Positions 8,916-18,832 are shown, numbered from the stretch's first letter. The stretch: DNA of 64,000 bases from Hyphomicrobiales bacterium (GCA_031428455.1 JANPPJ010000098.1:9304-73303); one strand, 5' to 3'. A program made the numbers and translations. Notes: generated by a model not told the origin, from the sequence alone.

Positions 8916-11900
8916 ATGAGTTTCGGCGGCATCGCGATCCTCAGCGCGCTGGTCTACCTGTGCGGTCTGTTTGCCGTGGCTCACTATGGCGACACGTCCG
9001 GGCGCAAATTCATGCAGTCGCGCGCCCGCCCGGTGATCTACGCGCTCACCCTCGCGGTCTACTGCACGTCCTGGACGTTCTTCGGCTCGGTCGGTGTCGC
9101 CTCGGTCAACGGCCTTGATTTTCTGCCCATCTATATCGGACCGATCGTTGTCATCGGCCTCTTCTTTCCGCTCGTGCTGCGCATCGTGCGTATCGCCAAG
9201 GCGCAAAACATCACGTCTGTCGCCGACTTCGTAGCTGCCCGCTACGGCAAGTCCGAGCAGGTGGCGGCGCTGGTCGCCATCATCTGCGTGATTGGCGCAG
9301 TCCCCTACATCGCGCTACAGCTTAAAGCGATCTCGACCTCCGTCGCGACGGTTCTGGATTCGCTCAATGCGGGGCGCACAATCGCGCTGTCATCGAGCGC
9401 CGGCAATCTTTCCTTCATCGTCGCTGTCATGCTCGCCGGGTTTGCCATGGCGTTTGGCACACGCAACATCGACGCGACCGAACATCAGGACGGGCTCGTT
9501 CTGTCCATTGCCATGGAGTCGCTGGTCAAGCTGGTCGCGTTCATCGCGGTCGGCGTTTATGTGACGTGGTGGATGTTCGACGGCCTCGGCGATCTGACGG
9601 AGCGCGCAGCGGCGGACCCGTCGATCAGCAGCGTGCTGGCGCGCATGCCCAACGCCTCCACCTGGATCGCGACAACCCTGCTGGCGGCTTGCTCCATCAT
9701 TCTTCTGCCGCGCCAGTTCCATGTGACCGTCGTGGAAAACCGCGATGAACGGGACGTGCGCACTGCTGCGTGGCTGTTTCCGCTCTATCTGGTTGCGATC
9801 AACATTTTCGTCATTCCGCTGGCGATTGCAGGCCGCCTGACCTTCCCGGAAGGAACGATTGACCGCGACATGACCGTGCTTGCGCTGCCGCTTGAGGCGG
9901 GCGCCAACACGCTGGCGGTTTTTGTGATGATTGGCGGGCTCTCCGCCGCAACAGCGATGGTGATTGTGGCCTGCGTCGCCTTGTCGATCATGGCGTCAAA
10001 CCATCTGTTCATGCCGCTGATGCTGCGCGTTTCGCGTCTGCGTCGACGTATTGAGGCGGGCGATCCCGGATCGCTCATTCTGTATGTCAGGCGTCTTGCG
10101 ATCGTCGTAATGCTCGCCATGGGCTACGCCTACTTCCATTATTCGGCGGAAGCGGCATTGGCGGCCATTGGTCTGCTGTCTTTCGCAGCCATCGCTCAGG
10201 TGGCCCCCGCATTCTTCGGCGGTCTTTTCTGGCGCCGCGCGACGGCGCGAGGCGCGATGGCAGGGCTTCTCGTCGGCATCACGCTCTGGGCCTACACGCT
10301 GCTTCTTCCCTCGCTTGCTATCGATTCCCAAAGCGTTGCGGATATCGTCAAATATGGCCCGCTCGGCCTGCGTGCGCTCAAGCCCACTGCACTTTTTGGC
10401 GTCGATTGGAGCCCGCTTGTTCACGGCGTGGTTTGGTCGCTATCGGCCAATTTGCTCGCCTACGTCGGCTTCTCGTTGGCGCGTCTGCCGACGGCCATCG
10501 AGCGCTTGCAAGCGTCTGCGTTCGTGGGCTCCGAACCGGGCGTAATTGGCCAGGCCATGCGCATGAGTGGCGCGAGCGTCACGCTGAGCGAGCTGGAAGG
10601 CGCTGTCGGGCGGTATCTTGGATCAGAGCACGCGCGGCGGTCGTTTCGTGACTTCATGAAGTCGCGCGGTTCAGTTCTGACGCCCGCTGACGAAGCGGAC
10701 GTTCAGCTCCTGCGCTTTGCAGAACATTTGCTTGCATCGGCAATCGGCGCATCGTCATCGCGTCTTGTGCTTTCGCTCCTTCTGCGCCGCCGGAATCTTT
10801 CGCGCGAAGCCGCGCTCAAACTCATCGACGACGCCTCGGCAACCCTGCAATACAATCGCGATCTGTTGCAGCATGCGCTTGATTTCGCGCGCCAGGGCAT
10901 CACCGTATTCGATCGCGATCTGCGCCTCATGGCGTGGAACCGCGAGTTTCGCGACCTGTTCGACATGCCGGGCGAATTTTTGCACGTCGGTCTCGAGCTT
11001 GAAGAATTGCTTCGCTACAACGCCGCACGAGGCATTTATGGCCCTGGCGTGCCAGCGCAGCAAGTGATGAGCAGGCTGGAATTGCTCGTCAACGAACCAG
11101 CCCCGACGCGGTTGCGACTTGAGAGCGGCATCGCAATTGAAATTCGCTCCGCCCGCATGCCGGACGGCGGTCTGGTCACCACATACACAGATGTAACGCA
11201 GACCGTGCGCGCCGAGGAAGCGCTGGAAGCGACCAACGAAACGCTGGAGCAGCGCGTCCGCGAGCGGACCGAAGAACTTGTCCGGCTGAATGGCGAACTT
11301 GCCAAGGCGAAGGTTGTTGCAGAGGCCGCAGATCAATCAAAAACGCGTTTTCTTGCAGCCGCCAGCCACGACATTCTGCAACCGCTCAACGCAGCGCGTC
11401 TTTACGCGACAACCTTGCTTGAACGCTCACGTGAAAGCGACGCCGACGCCGCCCAGCTCATCAACAATCTGGATCTCTCGCTTGAAGCCGTCGAAGAGAT
11501 TCTGACAACGCTTCTGGAGATTTCACGCCTCGATGCGGGAAAGATGAAGGCCGAGCCCAGCGTCTTCTCTTTGGGCGACATGCTCAGCCAGTTGCGTGTC
11601 GAGTTCGAGCCGCTTGCCAAGGAGAAGAACCTGCAACTGTATTTCGCCAAATGCGCGCGCAACGTCCGCTCTGACAAGCGCATGTTGCGCCGCCTGTTGC
11701 AGAACCTGATCTCGAACGCGATCAAGTATACGCCCAAGGGACGGGTGCTTGTTGGCGTGCGCCATCGCGGTGAAAACCTTGTGGTTGAGGTCTGGGATAC
11801 AGGCCTTGGCATCCCGAAAGATAAGCAGAAAGCAGTGTTCCGCGAATTCGAGCGTCTGGCCCCCGCCGCAAAGACAGCGCGCGGTCTCGGTCTCGGTCTG

Positions 11901-12449
11901 TCCATCGTGGAGCGCCTGAGCCGTGTGCTGCGCCACCGCGTAAGTCTTGCTTCAGAGCCTGGGCGTGGAACGGTGTTTCGCGTTGAAGTGCCGTGCGCGG
12001 CTGCGATTGCTGTCGAGAGCGGCTTTGAAGATGCGCACGTATCAGCCGCGCAGCATTTGCCGCTGAGCGGCATGGTTGTTCTCGCCATCGACAATGAGGA
12101 GCGAATTCTCGATGGCATGCGCGGTCTTTTGTCGGGCTGGGGATGCACCGTCATCACGGCTGACAGCATCGAGACTGCGGAGCGCGAATTGTCGGCGCGC
12201 AATCTCGCGCCGCAGGCCATTGTCGCCGATTATCATTTGGACGACGGCGACGGCGTGGACGCCGTCATTCACTTGCGCCGCGTGTTCGGGCTGGAAACGC
12301 CATCGGTTCTCGTGACCGCCGACCGCACGCCGGAAGTGCGCGCCCTGGCGGAGGCCAATGATATACGCGTGCTCAACAAGCCGCTGCGCCCCGCCGCGCT
12401 GCGCTCGCTGCTCAGCCAATGGCTGGTGACGCAACGCGCCGCTGAATAA
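8916..12449 (+). CDS. hybrid sensor histidine kinase with N-terminal SLC5 (sodium:solute symporter-like) domain, PAS, HisKA/HATPase and receiver (CbrA/CrbS type)
   Basis: 1177 aa from the ATG at 8916; the upstream part of the ORF is antisense to mscL. About 13 TM helices, a PAS region (GITVFDRDLRLMAWNREF), H-box SHDILQPLN, G-boxes (DTGLGIP, GLGLGLSIV) and a C-terminal receiver (VLAIDNEE...VADYHLDDGDG...KPL). Confidence 0.85.
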   Translation: MSFGGIAILSALVYLCGLFAVAHYGDTSGRKFMQSRARPVIYALTLAVYCTSWTFFGSVGVASVNGLDFLPIYIGPIVVIGLFFPLVLRIVRIAKAQNITSVADFVAARYGKSEQVAALVAIICVIGAVPYIALQLKAISTSVATVLDSLNAGRTIALSSSAGNLSFIVAVMLAGFAMAFGTRNIDATEHQDGLVLSIAMESLVKLVAFIAVGVYVTWWMFDGLGDLTERAAADPSISSVLARMPNASTWIATTLLAACSIILLPRQFHVTVVENRDERDVRTAAWLFPLYLVAINIFVIPLAIAGRLTFPEGTIDRDMTVLALPLEAGANTLAVFVMIGGLSAATAMVIVACVALSIMASNHLFMPLMLRVSRLRRRIEAGDPGSLILYVRRLAIVVMLAMGYAYFHYSAEAALAAIGLLSFAAIAQVAPAFFGGLFWRRATARGAMAGLLVGITLWAYTLLLPSLAIDSQSVADIVKYGPLGLRALKPTALFGVDWSPLVHGVVWSLSANLLAYVGFSLARLPTAIERLQASAFVGSEPGVIGQAMRMSGASVTLSELEGAVGRYLGSEHARRSFRDFMKSRGSVLTPADEADVQLLRFAEHLLASAIGASSSRLVLSLLLRRRNLSREAALKLIDDASATLQYNRDLLQHALDFARQGITVFDRDLRLMAWNREFRDLFDMPGEFLHVGLELEELLRYNAARGIYGPGVPAQQVMSRLELLVNEPAPTRLRLESGIAIEIRSARMPDGGLVTTYTDVTQTVRAEEALEATNETLEQRVRERTEELVRLNGELAKAKVVAEAADQSKTRFLAAASHDILQPLNAARLYATTLLERSRESDADAAQLINNLDLSLEAVEEILTTLLEISRLDAGKMKAEPSVFSLGDMLSQLRVEFEPLAKEKNLQLYFAKCARNVRSDKRMLRRLLQNLISNAIKYTPKGRVLVGVRHRGENLVVEVWDTGLGIPKDKQKAVFREFERLAPAAKTARGLGLGLSIVERLSRVLRHRVSLASEPGRGTVFRVEVPCAAAIAVESGFEDAHVSAAQHLPLSGMVVLAIDNEERILDGMRGLLSGWGCTVITADSIETAERELSARNLAPQAIVADYHLDDGDGVDAVIHLRRVFGLETPSVLVTADRTPEVRALAEANDIRVLNKPLRPAALRSLLSQWLVTQRAAE

Positions 12450-12476
12450 AAAAAAGCCCCGACTGGCGGGGCTTTC
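12450..12476. terminator. bidirectional rho-independent terminator
   Basis: A-run, GCCCCG-ACTGG-CGGGGC, then TTT. It sits between the convergent kinase and Bug genes. Confidence 0.7.
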
Positions 12477-12495
12477 TGTCTTCTGGATTGTTGGT

Positions 12496-13629
12496 TCAGG
12501 GCAGGGTGGCCTTCTTGGCTTCCTCAACGATCGCCGCCGGCGTCGAAATGAACTCAGCCCACATGCGCGTCAGAACCTCGCCATTCATGGCGCTGATGTC
12601 GATGCCTGTCTTCGTCGCGTCGGACAGAAAGTCCTTGTCCGACATCGTGTCCATGAAAGCCTTGCGCAGCGCAGTGACGCGCTCAACGGGCGTCTCGGGC
12701 GGGGCGGCGTAAACGCGGCCCAGTTCCTGCACGCCGAAGAGCAGGCCCGACAACGCGCGATCCCGATCGGTTTTGATGAAGTCGCGCGCATGCGGGATGT
12801 TGCCAACCTCGCTCGTCTTTTCGCCGCTGATCTGGATGATCGGCTTGAACTCGCCAGATTCCAGCTCGGTCTTCCAGAACGATTTCACCGTGGACCATGG
12901 CAGGCCGCAAATACCCTGCACTTCGCCGCGATTCATGGCGAGCTTTACGTCTGCCGAACCCTTGTATCCGCCGATCACCTTGATTTGCGCCCCAAGCAGG
13001 TTCTTCACTGCCAGCGATGATTTCACCAGCGGACCTGTGGCGCCGGTCGCGCCCATCAGCACTTCGCGCTTGCGCATGTCCTCGAAGCTCTGAATGCCAG
13101 AGGCTTTCGTGACGCCGCAAATCGCGATGCTCGACTCCATATTGCCGATCCACACCAGCCGACTGGCTTCGTAGCGCGCCATCTGGTTGCCGAAAAGCGG
13201 CTCCAGCGGAACGGTTTGCGCAAATGTCCCCATCACCGTGCCGTCTTTGGGCGCCACGTTGTAAAGCCAGTTGGCGGACGTCACGCCGCTCGCGCCCAGC
13301 ATGTTCTGAACGATCATGTTCGGGTTGCCGGGGATGTAGCGGCCCATGTGGCGGATCAGCACGCGGGAGTAAACATCAAACCCCGTGCCGACCTCGTGCC
13401 CGACCACAATGTTAACAGTCTTGCCCTTGTAAAAATTGGCGACGGCGTCGGCTTTGGCCGCTGTTGCTCCTGCTAAGAGTCCAAGCGTCGCCCCAAGCGT
13501 CGCCCCAAGCGTCGTTCGAAGCGTCGTTCGAAGCGTCGTTCGAAGCGTCGTTCGAAGCGTCGTTCGAAGCGTCGTTCGAAGCGTCGTTCGAAGCGCCAGG
13601 AATGTGCAAAGCGCAGCTGCGTGTCTCAC
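12496..13629 (-). CDS. Bug/TctC family tripartite tricarboxylate transporter substrate-binding protein
   Basis: The mature part ...FYKGKTVNIVVGHEVGTGFDVYSRVLIRHMGRYIPGNPNMIVQNMLGASG... is typical Bug family. GTG start with GGGAG 6 nt upstream. The N terminus contains the 12-bp tandem repeat. Confidence 0.85.
   Translation of the reverse strand: MRHAAALCTFLALRTTLRTTLRTTLRTTLRTTLRTTLRTTLGATLGATLGLLAGATAAKADAVANFYKGKTVNIVVGHEVGTGFDVYSRVLIRHMGRYIPGNPNMIVQNMLGASGVTSANWLYNVAPKDGTVMGTFAQTVPLEPLFGNQMARYEASRLVWIGNMESSIAICGVTKASGIQSFEDMRKREVLMGATGATGPLVKSSLAVKNLLGAQIKVIGGYKGSADVKLAMNRGEVQGICGLPWSTVKSFWKTELESGEFKPIIQISGEKTSEVGNIPHARDFIKTDRDRALSGLLFGVQELGRVYAAPPETPVERVTALRKAFMDTMSDKDFLSDATKTGIDISAMNGEVLTRMWAEFISTPAAIVEEAKKATLP
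13483..13590 (-). repeat. 12-bp tandem repeat, 7 perfect + 2 variant units, in frame within the Bug N terminus
   Basis: Plus strand: (AAGCGTCGCCCC)x2 followed by (AAGCGTCGTTCG)x7. On the coding strand this encodes (RTTL)7(GATL)2. Coordinates were verified against the ORF frame. Confidence 0.95.
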
Positions 13630-13794
13630 GATCCACTCCCACGTTCTTCAGCCGTCGTCCCGTCTGATTTTCTCGCGTCTGGTTCTAGCACCGAGCACCC
13701 TTGAGGCCAACACGGGCCGCAAACGCAGGCCAAGGCGGAACCAATCGCATGCGCACGTATTGTCTGGGTGGTAAAACAAAGGAGTAGTGGACAA

Positions 13795-14088
13795 ATGGTT
13801 GAAAGAATCGAACGTGAACGGGGCGGATCCATGGGGATCGTCGGCGTTATCGTCGGCGCTCTTCTTGTGATCGCAATAGCGTTTTTCCTCCTTTCAGGCG
13901 GCGTTTCTGATAGGGGAACCTCGAGCACCACGATCAACAACACGGCGCCGTCAGCGCCTGCAATTACGACCGCGCCGTCCGGCGCCGGGTCAAGCACCGG
14001 CGCCGCTGCGCCCGCGCGGCCGGCCGCTCCTGCAGCGCCCGCAGCGCCTTCAGCTCCCGCCGGAACCACTGGCGGCGGAACTCGATAA
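13795..14088 (+). CDS. small single-pass membrane protein with Ser/Thr/Pro/Ala-rich tail
   Basis: AAGGAG lies upstream of the ATG at 13795. One TM segment (GIVGVIVGALLVIAIAFFLL), then a low-complexity APAAP tail. Followed by a terminator. Start is uncertain. Confidence 0.45.
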   Translation: MVERIERERGGSMGIVGVIVGALLVIAIAFFLLSGGVSDRGTSSTTINNTAPSAPAITTAPSGAGSSTGAAAPARPAAPAAPAAPSAPAGTTGGGTR

Positions 14089-14109
14089 TACAGTAGTTTT
14101 ACTGCGGGA

Positions 14110-14136
14110 AAGGCCGGCTCCCTGGGCCGGCCTTTT
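14110..14136 (+). terminator. rho-independent terminator
   Basis: AGGCCGGC-TCCCTGG-GCCGGCCT followed by TTT. Confidence 0.7.
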
Positions 14137-14247
14137 GCGTGCGCTTGTGCATTCCAGCGGTCATTGTCGCCGAGCCGCTTGCGGACGTCATCGGGCTGCG
14201 TAAACTGCCCCGCGGTTCATCAGGGACCTGAACGACAAGGGGATTAC

Positions 14248-14826
14248 ATGAGCGGGTTTGCACCAAGTCTGATCACACGCCGATCCGCATTGGCGGGCGC
14301 AGCGGCCTTGGCAGGCGCTACGGCGTTAGTCGGCTCCACCTCGGCCATCGCACAAAGCCCGCCCTTGCAGGCGACAAATCCTGATTGGCTCTACGTACCA
14401 ACGCCCGACGACGTCGTCGAAAAAATGCTGGATCTGGCGAAGGTCACCAAGGACGACATCGTGATCGATCTTGGTTCTGGCGACGGCCGCATTCCCATTG
14501 CTGCAGCGAAGAAATTTGGTTGCCGCGCACGCGGGGTCGATATCAATCCGGTTCGCGTTGAAGAGGCAAACGCCAATCTGAAAGGCTCAGGCGTTGAGAA
14601 CCTTGTCACCTTCGTGGAAGGCGACGTGTTTGTAGTTCCCATCGCTGACGCTACCGTCGTCACGCTTTATCTGTTTCCGCATGTCATGCTGAAGCTGCGC
14701 GACCGTTTGAAGGCCGAGTTGAAGCCCGGCACCCGCATTGTCGCCCATGAGTTCATGATGGGCGATTGGGAGCCAAAGGTGACTGAGCGCGTGCGCAACG
14801 CACGTGTCCATCTGTGGGTCCTCTGA
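14248..14826 (+). CDS. class I SAM-dependent methyltransferase with N-terminal export signal
   Basis: MSGFAPSLITRRSALAGAAALAGATALVGSTSAIAQ looks like a Tat/Sec signal. The VIDLGSGDGRIPIAAAKKFG motif I and RGVDINP motif II indicate a methyltransferase fold. Confidence 0.7.
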   Translation: MSGFAPSLITRRSALAGAAALAGATALVGSTSAIAQSPPLQATNPDWLYVPTPDDVVEKMLDLAKVTKDDIVIDLGSGDGRIPIAAAKKFGCRARGVDINPVRVEEANANLKGSGVENLVTFVEGDVFVVPIADATVVTLYLFPHVMLKLRDRLKAELKPGTRIVAHEFMMGDWEPKVTERVRNARVHLWVL

Positions 14827-14844
14827 TCGGCGCTATGATGTATT

Positions 14845-14869
14845 GGCCGGGCATTTCGCCCGGCCTTTT
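14845..14869. terminator. hairpin terminator between convergent genes
   Basis: GGCCGGGC-ATTTC-GCCCGGCC followed by TTTT. Confidence 0.7.
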
Positions 14870-14895
14870 CATGAGCGGATTTTGAAAGTTGTTTT

Positions 14896-15264
14896 CTAGG
14901 CTGCCTTGCGCGGACCGGCGGTCTTTGCCCATAGGGCCGCTGCTTCCGCGCCAATGTCAGTTGTCAAAAACTGTACCTCAAGACTGAATTCAGAGACCAT
15001 ATAAGCAAGGTGAGCGGCGACCGCGTAGGAGCCGTACTTCTCCATCACCATCTGCGTCGCCTTTGCGCCGCGCGCATCAAACCGCGGGTCGCAATGCCCA
15101 TGAATCTGCAGCTCGGGCTCGAACTCGTTGCCGCGATGCGCCCATGCTTGCGCCGTGGTTGCGCGCGGCATCCATTTCTCTAGTTGCACTGCAAAGCCGG
15201 GCAGGGCAGCTTTCAGCGCGTCTGTGGCGCTTGGCGCCTGCGCTATCGTGTCGGGTTTTGCCAT
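14896..15264 (-). CDS. hypothetical protein
   Basis: 122-aa ORF with host-like codon usage and no recognisable motif. Confidence 0.45.
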   Translation of the reverse strand: MAKPDTIAQAPSATDALKAALPGFAVQLEKWMPRATTAQAWAHRGNEFEPELQIHGHCDPRFDARGAKATQMVMEKYGSYAVAAHLAYMVSEFSLEVQFLTTDIGAEAAALWAKTAGPRKAA

Positions 15265-15339
15265 GGCGCGCTCCCGCGATCTGATCTGCAGAGTCCATCA
15301 GATAGCTGATTCGAGCGTGCGCGCGAAAGAGTCCGGCGA

Positions 15340-15807
15340 TCAATCAATCGCCGCGATGCCTTCAACCTCGACCGAGGCGTTGCCCGGCAATCCGCTGACG
15401 CCGATTGCTGTGCGCGCATGGCGTCCCGCTTCGCCAAACACATCGACGAAGAGTTGCGTTGCGCCATTGATGACAAGTGGCGACCATGCGAAGCCGGACA
15501 CGCAATTGACGTATCCAGTCAGGCGCGCAATGGCGCGCACGCGGTCAAGGTCGCCGTCGCAGGCGAGCTTCAGTGCGTAAAGCAGCCGGATGGCGCAAAC
15601 ACGCGCCGCTTGCGCCCCCGCTTCAATGCTGACGCCGCCATCGCCCACGGGCCCTTCGCAGGTCACCGCGCCATTCCACTCGCAAATCTGGCCCGACAGG
15701 AAAACCATGGAGCCTTCGCGCCGGAATGGCAGAAAATTGCCCCGTGGTATCGTGGGTTCAGGAAATTCGATCCCGAGTTCTTTCAACCTCGCTTCGATTC
15801 TGCCCAT
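15340..15807 (-). CDS. RidA/YjgF family protein
   Basis: MGRIEARLKELGIEFPEPTIPRGNFLPFRREGSMVFLSGQ...GRHARTAIGVSGLPGNASVEVEGIAAID is the typical RidA-like pattern. Confidence 0.8.
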   Translation of the reverse strand: MGRIEARLKELGIEFPEPTIPRGNFLPFRREGSMVFLSGQICEWNGAVTCEGPVGDGGVSIEAGAQAARVCAIRLLYALKLACDGDLDRVRAIARLTGYVNCVSGFAWSPLVINGATQLFVDVFGEAGRHARTAIGVSGLPGNASVEVEGIAAID

Positions 15808-15917
15808 GTCGTCACCTTGATCCTGGTTGGGCGCATCGTTTCACGGGCGCCAGCCGCCACCCTGTTATTACCGCACTCTGCGTTGTATGCTCAAACTTAT
15901 GCCTCAACGCGTGGATC

Positions 15918-16697
15918 ATGCTTGAAAATTTTCTGATCTTCCTCCTCGTAGGGTTCCTCGCGCAACTCGTCGATGGCGCGCTGGGCATGGCCTATGGAGT
16001 GATCGCTACGACCACGCTGCTGACGTTCGGCGTGCCGCCCGCGCACGCGTCCGCAGCCACCCATGCGGCGGAGGTCTTCACGACAGCAGCTTCCGGCGGC
16101 TCGCACATCGTCCATCGCAACGTTGACTGGCGATTATTCTGGCGTCTCGCGCCAGCCGGCATGCTGGGCGGGGCCCTCGGCGTTTACGTACTGACCGGCC
16201 TGGATGCTCAAATCCTGCGGCCTCTCATCTTTACTTATCTCGGCGCAATGGGCGTCTACATCCTGTGGCGGCTGCGAAAAACCCCAGTGGAATCCCCGCC
16301 GCTTTCGCCGCGCGTCATCGCTCCGCTGGGTATCGTGGGCGGTTTTATGGACGCCACCGGCGGCGGTGGATGGGGACCGATTGTCACAACAACCCTGCTG
16401 GGCGCCGGGCAGAAACCACGCTCCAGCATCGGCACCGTCAACACTGTCGAATTTCTCGTCACCTGTACGATTTCGGTCAGCTTTGTCGTTGCGCTTCTGA
16501 CTGGCCATTGGAACGATGCAGGCGAGTTGATGGTGCACGCGCCCGCCGTCGCGGGGCTTGTCGCCGGCGGCATTGTGGCCGCGCCGCTGGCGGGCTACGT
16601 GGTCAAAGTTTTCCCGCCGCGTGTGCTTGGCGCCATTGTCGGCGTTCTCATCGTCAGCCTCTCGCTGTGGCAGTTGGTGTCCTGGCTGCGCAGTTGA
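15918..16697 (+). CDS. TauE/SafE family anion (sulfite) exporter
   Basis: MLENFLIFLLVGFLAQLVDGALGMAYGV... with 7-8 TM helices and an internal repeat, as in TauE/SafE. Trimmed to the internal ATG. Confidence 0.8.
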   Translation: MLENFLIFLLVGFLAQLVDGALGMAYGVIATTTLLTFGVPPAHASAATHAAEVFTTAASGGSHIVHRNVDWRLFWRLAPAGMLGGALGVYVLTGLDAQILRPLIFTYLGAMGVYILWRLRKTPVESPPLSPRVIAPLGIVGGFMDATGGGGWGPIVTTTLLGAGQKPRSSIGTVNTVEFLVTCTISVSFVVALLTGHWNDAGELMVHAPAVAGLVAGGIVAAPLAGYVVKVFPPRVLGAIVGVLIVSLSLWQLVSWLRS

Positions 16698-16833
16698 CCG
16701 GCCATGCCACGCATGAAAAAGCGAGCGCCCGACCGCCAGAAGTCGGCGGCCTGTCGCTTGGTGACGTATTTCCACATCGAAGCGGGGCCCGTGACCACGA
16801 GGGGGAAATCCAGCGACAAGGCTGAAAGTCGGA

Positions 16834-16908
16834 TGGTGCTGCGAGAGAGGATTGAACTCTCGACCTCTCCATTACCAATGGAGTGCTCTACCACTGAGCT
16901 ACCGCAGC
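16834..16908 (-). tRNA. tRNA-Thr (anticodon GGU), CCA encoded
   Basis: Reverse complement GCTGCGGTAGCTCAGTGGTAGAGCACTCCATTGGTAATGGAGAGGTCGAGAGTTCAATCCTCTCTCGCAGCACCA folds as a cloverleaf. The anticodon loop TTGGTAA gives GGT. Confidence 0.9.
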
Positions 16909-17136
16909 GTCGTCAGGCGCGTGAAGGATTGCGCCGCGGACGGGGGGCTTGTGCCACAGGGGCGTTGCATGCGCAAGCGTTGCCCGCGTTAAACGGTTTG
17001 CTGCGGTAGCGTTACCTTGCATGAATGGGTCGCTGCGGTTGCGCGGGGGCCGCCTTCTGCCTAAAAGGCGCTGGCGCGCGGCGCGGGGATCTTCTCTCGC
17101 GGAGGATTCGCCGGGGAAATTCCGGGGAGTTTCACC

Positions 17137-17370
17137 TTGGCTGGACAGAACGATACAGACCTAACTGGCGCTCGGTCGCCCCGGCAGGAGCGGTCGGCGC
17201 CCGCTGGCCCCGCTGCAGATGCGCGGGCGGAGCGGCTGGCTGCCGCGCTTCGGGAAAATTTGAAGCGTCGCAAGACGCAGGCCCGCGGCCGTCAGTCGGA
17301 CGCTTCAGGGCAGTCAGAGGCCGTACACGGCGACGTCGTGTCTGGGCCTGTTGATAAGAGCAGCACTTAA
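17137..17370 (+). CDS. small basic hypothetical protein upstream of murA
   Basis: 77-aa ORF containing [22 protein letters not shown] recall similar small ORFs preceding murA in related genomes but cannot verify this here. Confidence 0.35.
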   Translation: MAGQNDTDLTGARSPRQERSAPAGPAADARAERLAAALRENLKRRKTQARGRQSDASGQSEAVHGDVVSGPVDKSST

Positions 17371-17398
17371 GGCGCATCGCCGCCTGAGAGGACATGGC

Positions 17399-18694
17399 AT
17401 GGATCGCATCCGCATCACTGGCGGCCAGACGCTGAAGGGCGCCATCCCGATTTCGGGGGCCAAGAACGCCGCGCTGCCGCTCATGATAGCCTCGCTCATG
17501 ACGTCCGAGGGCCTGACGCTGGAGAATGTGCCGCGCCTGGCCGACGTGCGGATGCTCATCCGCATTCTCGAGAACCACGGCGTTGACCACGCCATCGACG
17601 GCAAACGGCCCGGCGACTCGCCGAACGCTGGCCAGACCATCCATTTCAGCGCCAAGAATATCGTCGACACGCTGGCGCCCTATGATCTGGTGTCGCGCAT
17701 GCGCGCCAGCTTCTGGGTGCTGGCGCCGCTCATCGCGCGCATGGGCGAGGCGCGCGTGTCGCTGCCGGGCGGTTGCGCCATCGGCACGCGCCCGGTGGAC
17801 CTGCTGCTCATGGCGCTTGAGAAGCTAGGCGCCAACATCGAGATCGAGGCGGGTTATGTTGTCGCGACCGCGCCCAAAGGCCTGCGCGGCGCGCAAATCC
17901 ATTTCGACAAGGTGACCGTGGGCGGCACGCACACCGCGCTGATGGCGGCGGCCATCGCCCATGGCGACACTGTGATCCACAACGCCGCCTGCGAGCCCGA
18001 GGTGGTGGATCTGGCCGCCTGCCTCACGGCGATGGGCGCGAAAATCGCTGGCGCGGGCACATCGACCATCGAAGTGCAGGGGGTCACCTCGCTGCACGGC
18101 GCGCGCCATTCGGTTCTGCCGGATCGCATCGAGGCCGGCACATACGCCATGGCGGTAGCCATGACCGGCGGCGACGTAATGCTCGAAGGCGCCCGGCCCG
18201 ACCTGCTGCAGGCGGCGCTCGACTCTCTCGCGCTGACGGGGACGGTCGTCACCGCCACCAGCGAGGGCCTGCGCGTTTATCGCAACGGCGGCGGCATCGC
18301 GCCCGTGAATGTTTCGACGGCGCCATTCCCGGGCTTCCCGACGGACCTGCAAGCGCAATTCATGGGCCTGATGACCCGCTCGGGGGGCACATCGCGCATC
18401 ACCGAGACCATCTTTGAGAACCGCTTCATGCACGTGCAGGAGCTGGCGCGACTTGGCGCGCGCATCAGGCTCGATGGCGACACCGCCATCGTCGAGGGCG
18501 TGACGCGCCTCAAGGGCGCCCCGGTCATGGCGACGGACCTTCGCGCTTCGGTCTCCCTCGTCATCGCAGGGCTGGCGGCGGAGGGGGACACGACCGTCCA
18601 CCGCGTCTACCATCTCGACCGTGGTTTCGAGCGGCTCGAGCAAAAGCTCGTGGCTTGCGGGGCGCAGATCGAACGCATCTCCGATCCAGGTTAA
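17399..18694 (+). CDS. murA: UDP-N-acetylglucosamine 1-carboxyvinyltransferase
   Basis: [35 protein letters not shown]... is the canonical MurA N terminus. 431 aa. Confidence 0.95.
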   Translation: MDRIRITGGQTLKGAIPISGAKNAALPLMIASLMTSEGLTLENVPRLADVRMLIRILENHGVDHAIDGKRPGDSPNAGQTIHFSAKNIVDTLAPYDLVSRMRASFWVLAPLIARMGEARVSLPGGCAIGTRPVDLLLMALEKLGANIEIEAGYVVATAPKGLRGAQIHFDKVTVGGTHTALMAAAIAHGDTVIHNAACEPEVVDLAACLTAMGAKIAGAGTSTIEVQGVTSLHGARHSVLPDRIEAGTYAMAVAMTGGDVMLEGARPDLLQAALDSLALTGTVVTATSEGLRVYRNGGGIAPVNVSTAPFPGFPTDLQAQFMGLMTRSGGTSRITETIFENRFMHVQELARLGARIRLDGDTAIVEGVTRLKGAPVMATDLRASVSLVIAGLAAEGDTTVHRVYHLDRGFERLEQKLVACGAQIERISDPG

Positions 18695-18832
18695 CGCAAA
18701 AGCAAGGCCGCACGCCTCGTATTTTCGCAGGCGCGATCCTAAGTTCAGGCTGCGCGCCGTCCGGGGGCGGGGCGCGCTTTGTTCAACATTGTCACGCCGT
18801 CATGCGGCGGATAAGCGTTTACGGGATCGCCC

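Noticed and set aside
13483-13590. Possible CRISPR array or minisatellite outside genes
   Set aside because: The units are contiguous 12-mers with no spacers and lie in frame inside a CDS. This is a coding tandem repeat, not CRISPR.
13626-14069. 147-aa minus-strand ORF overlapping the small membrane protein gene
   Set aside because: It is an Ala/Gly/Pro-rich shadow of the plus-strand low-complexity region. The plus-strand ORF has an SD, a TM segment and a terminator.
16698-16833. Integration scar or integrase remnant downstream of tRNA-Thr
   Set aside because: I translated all frames by eye. There is no integrase-like sequence, no repeat of the tRNA 3' end, and the GC is host-like.
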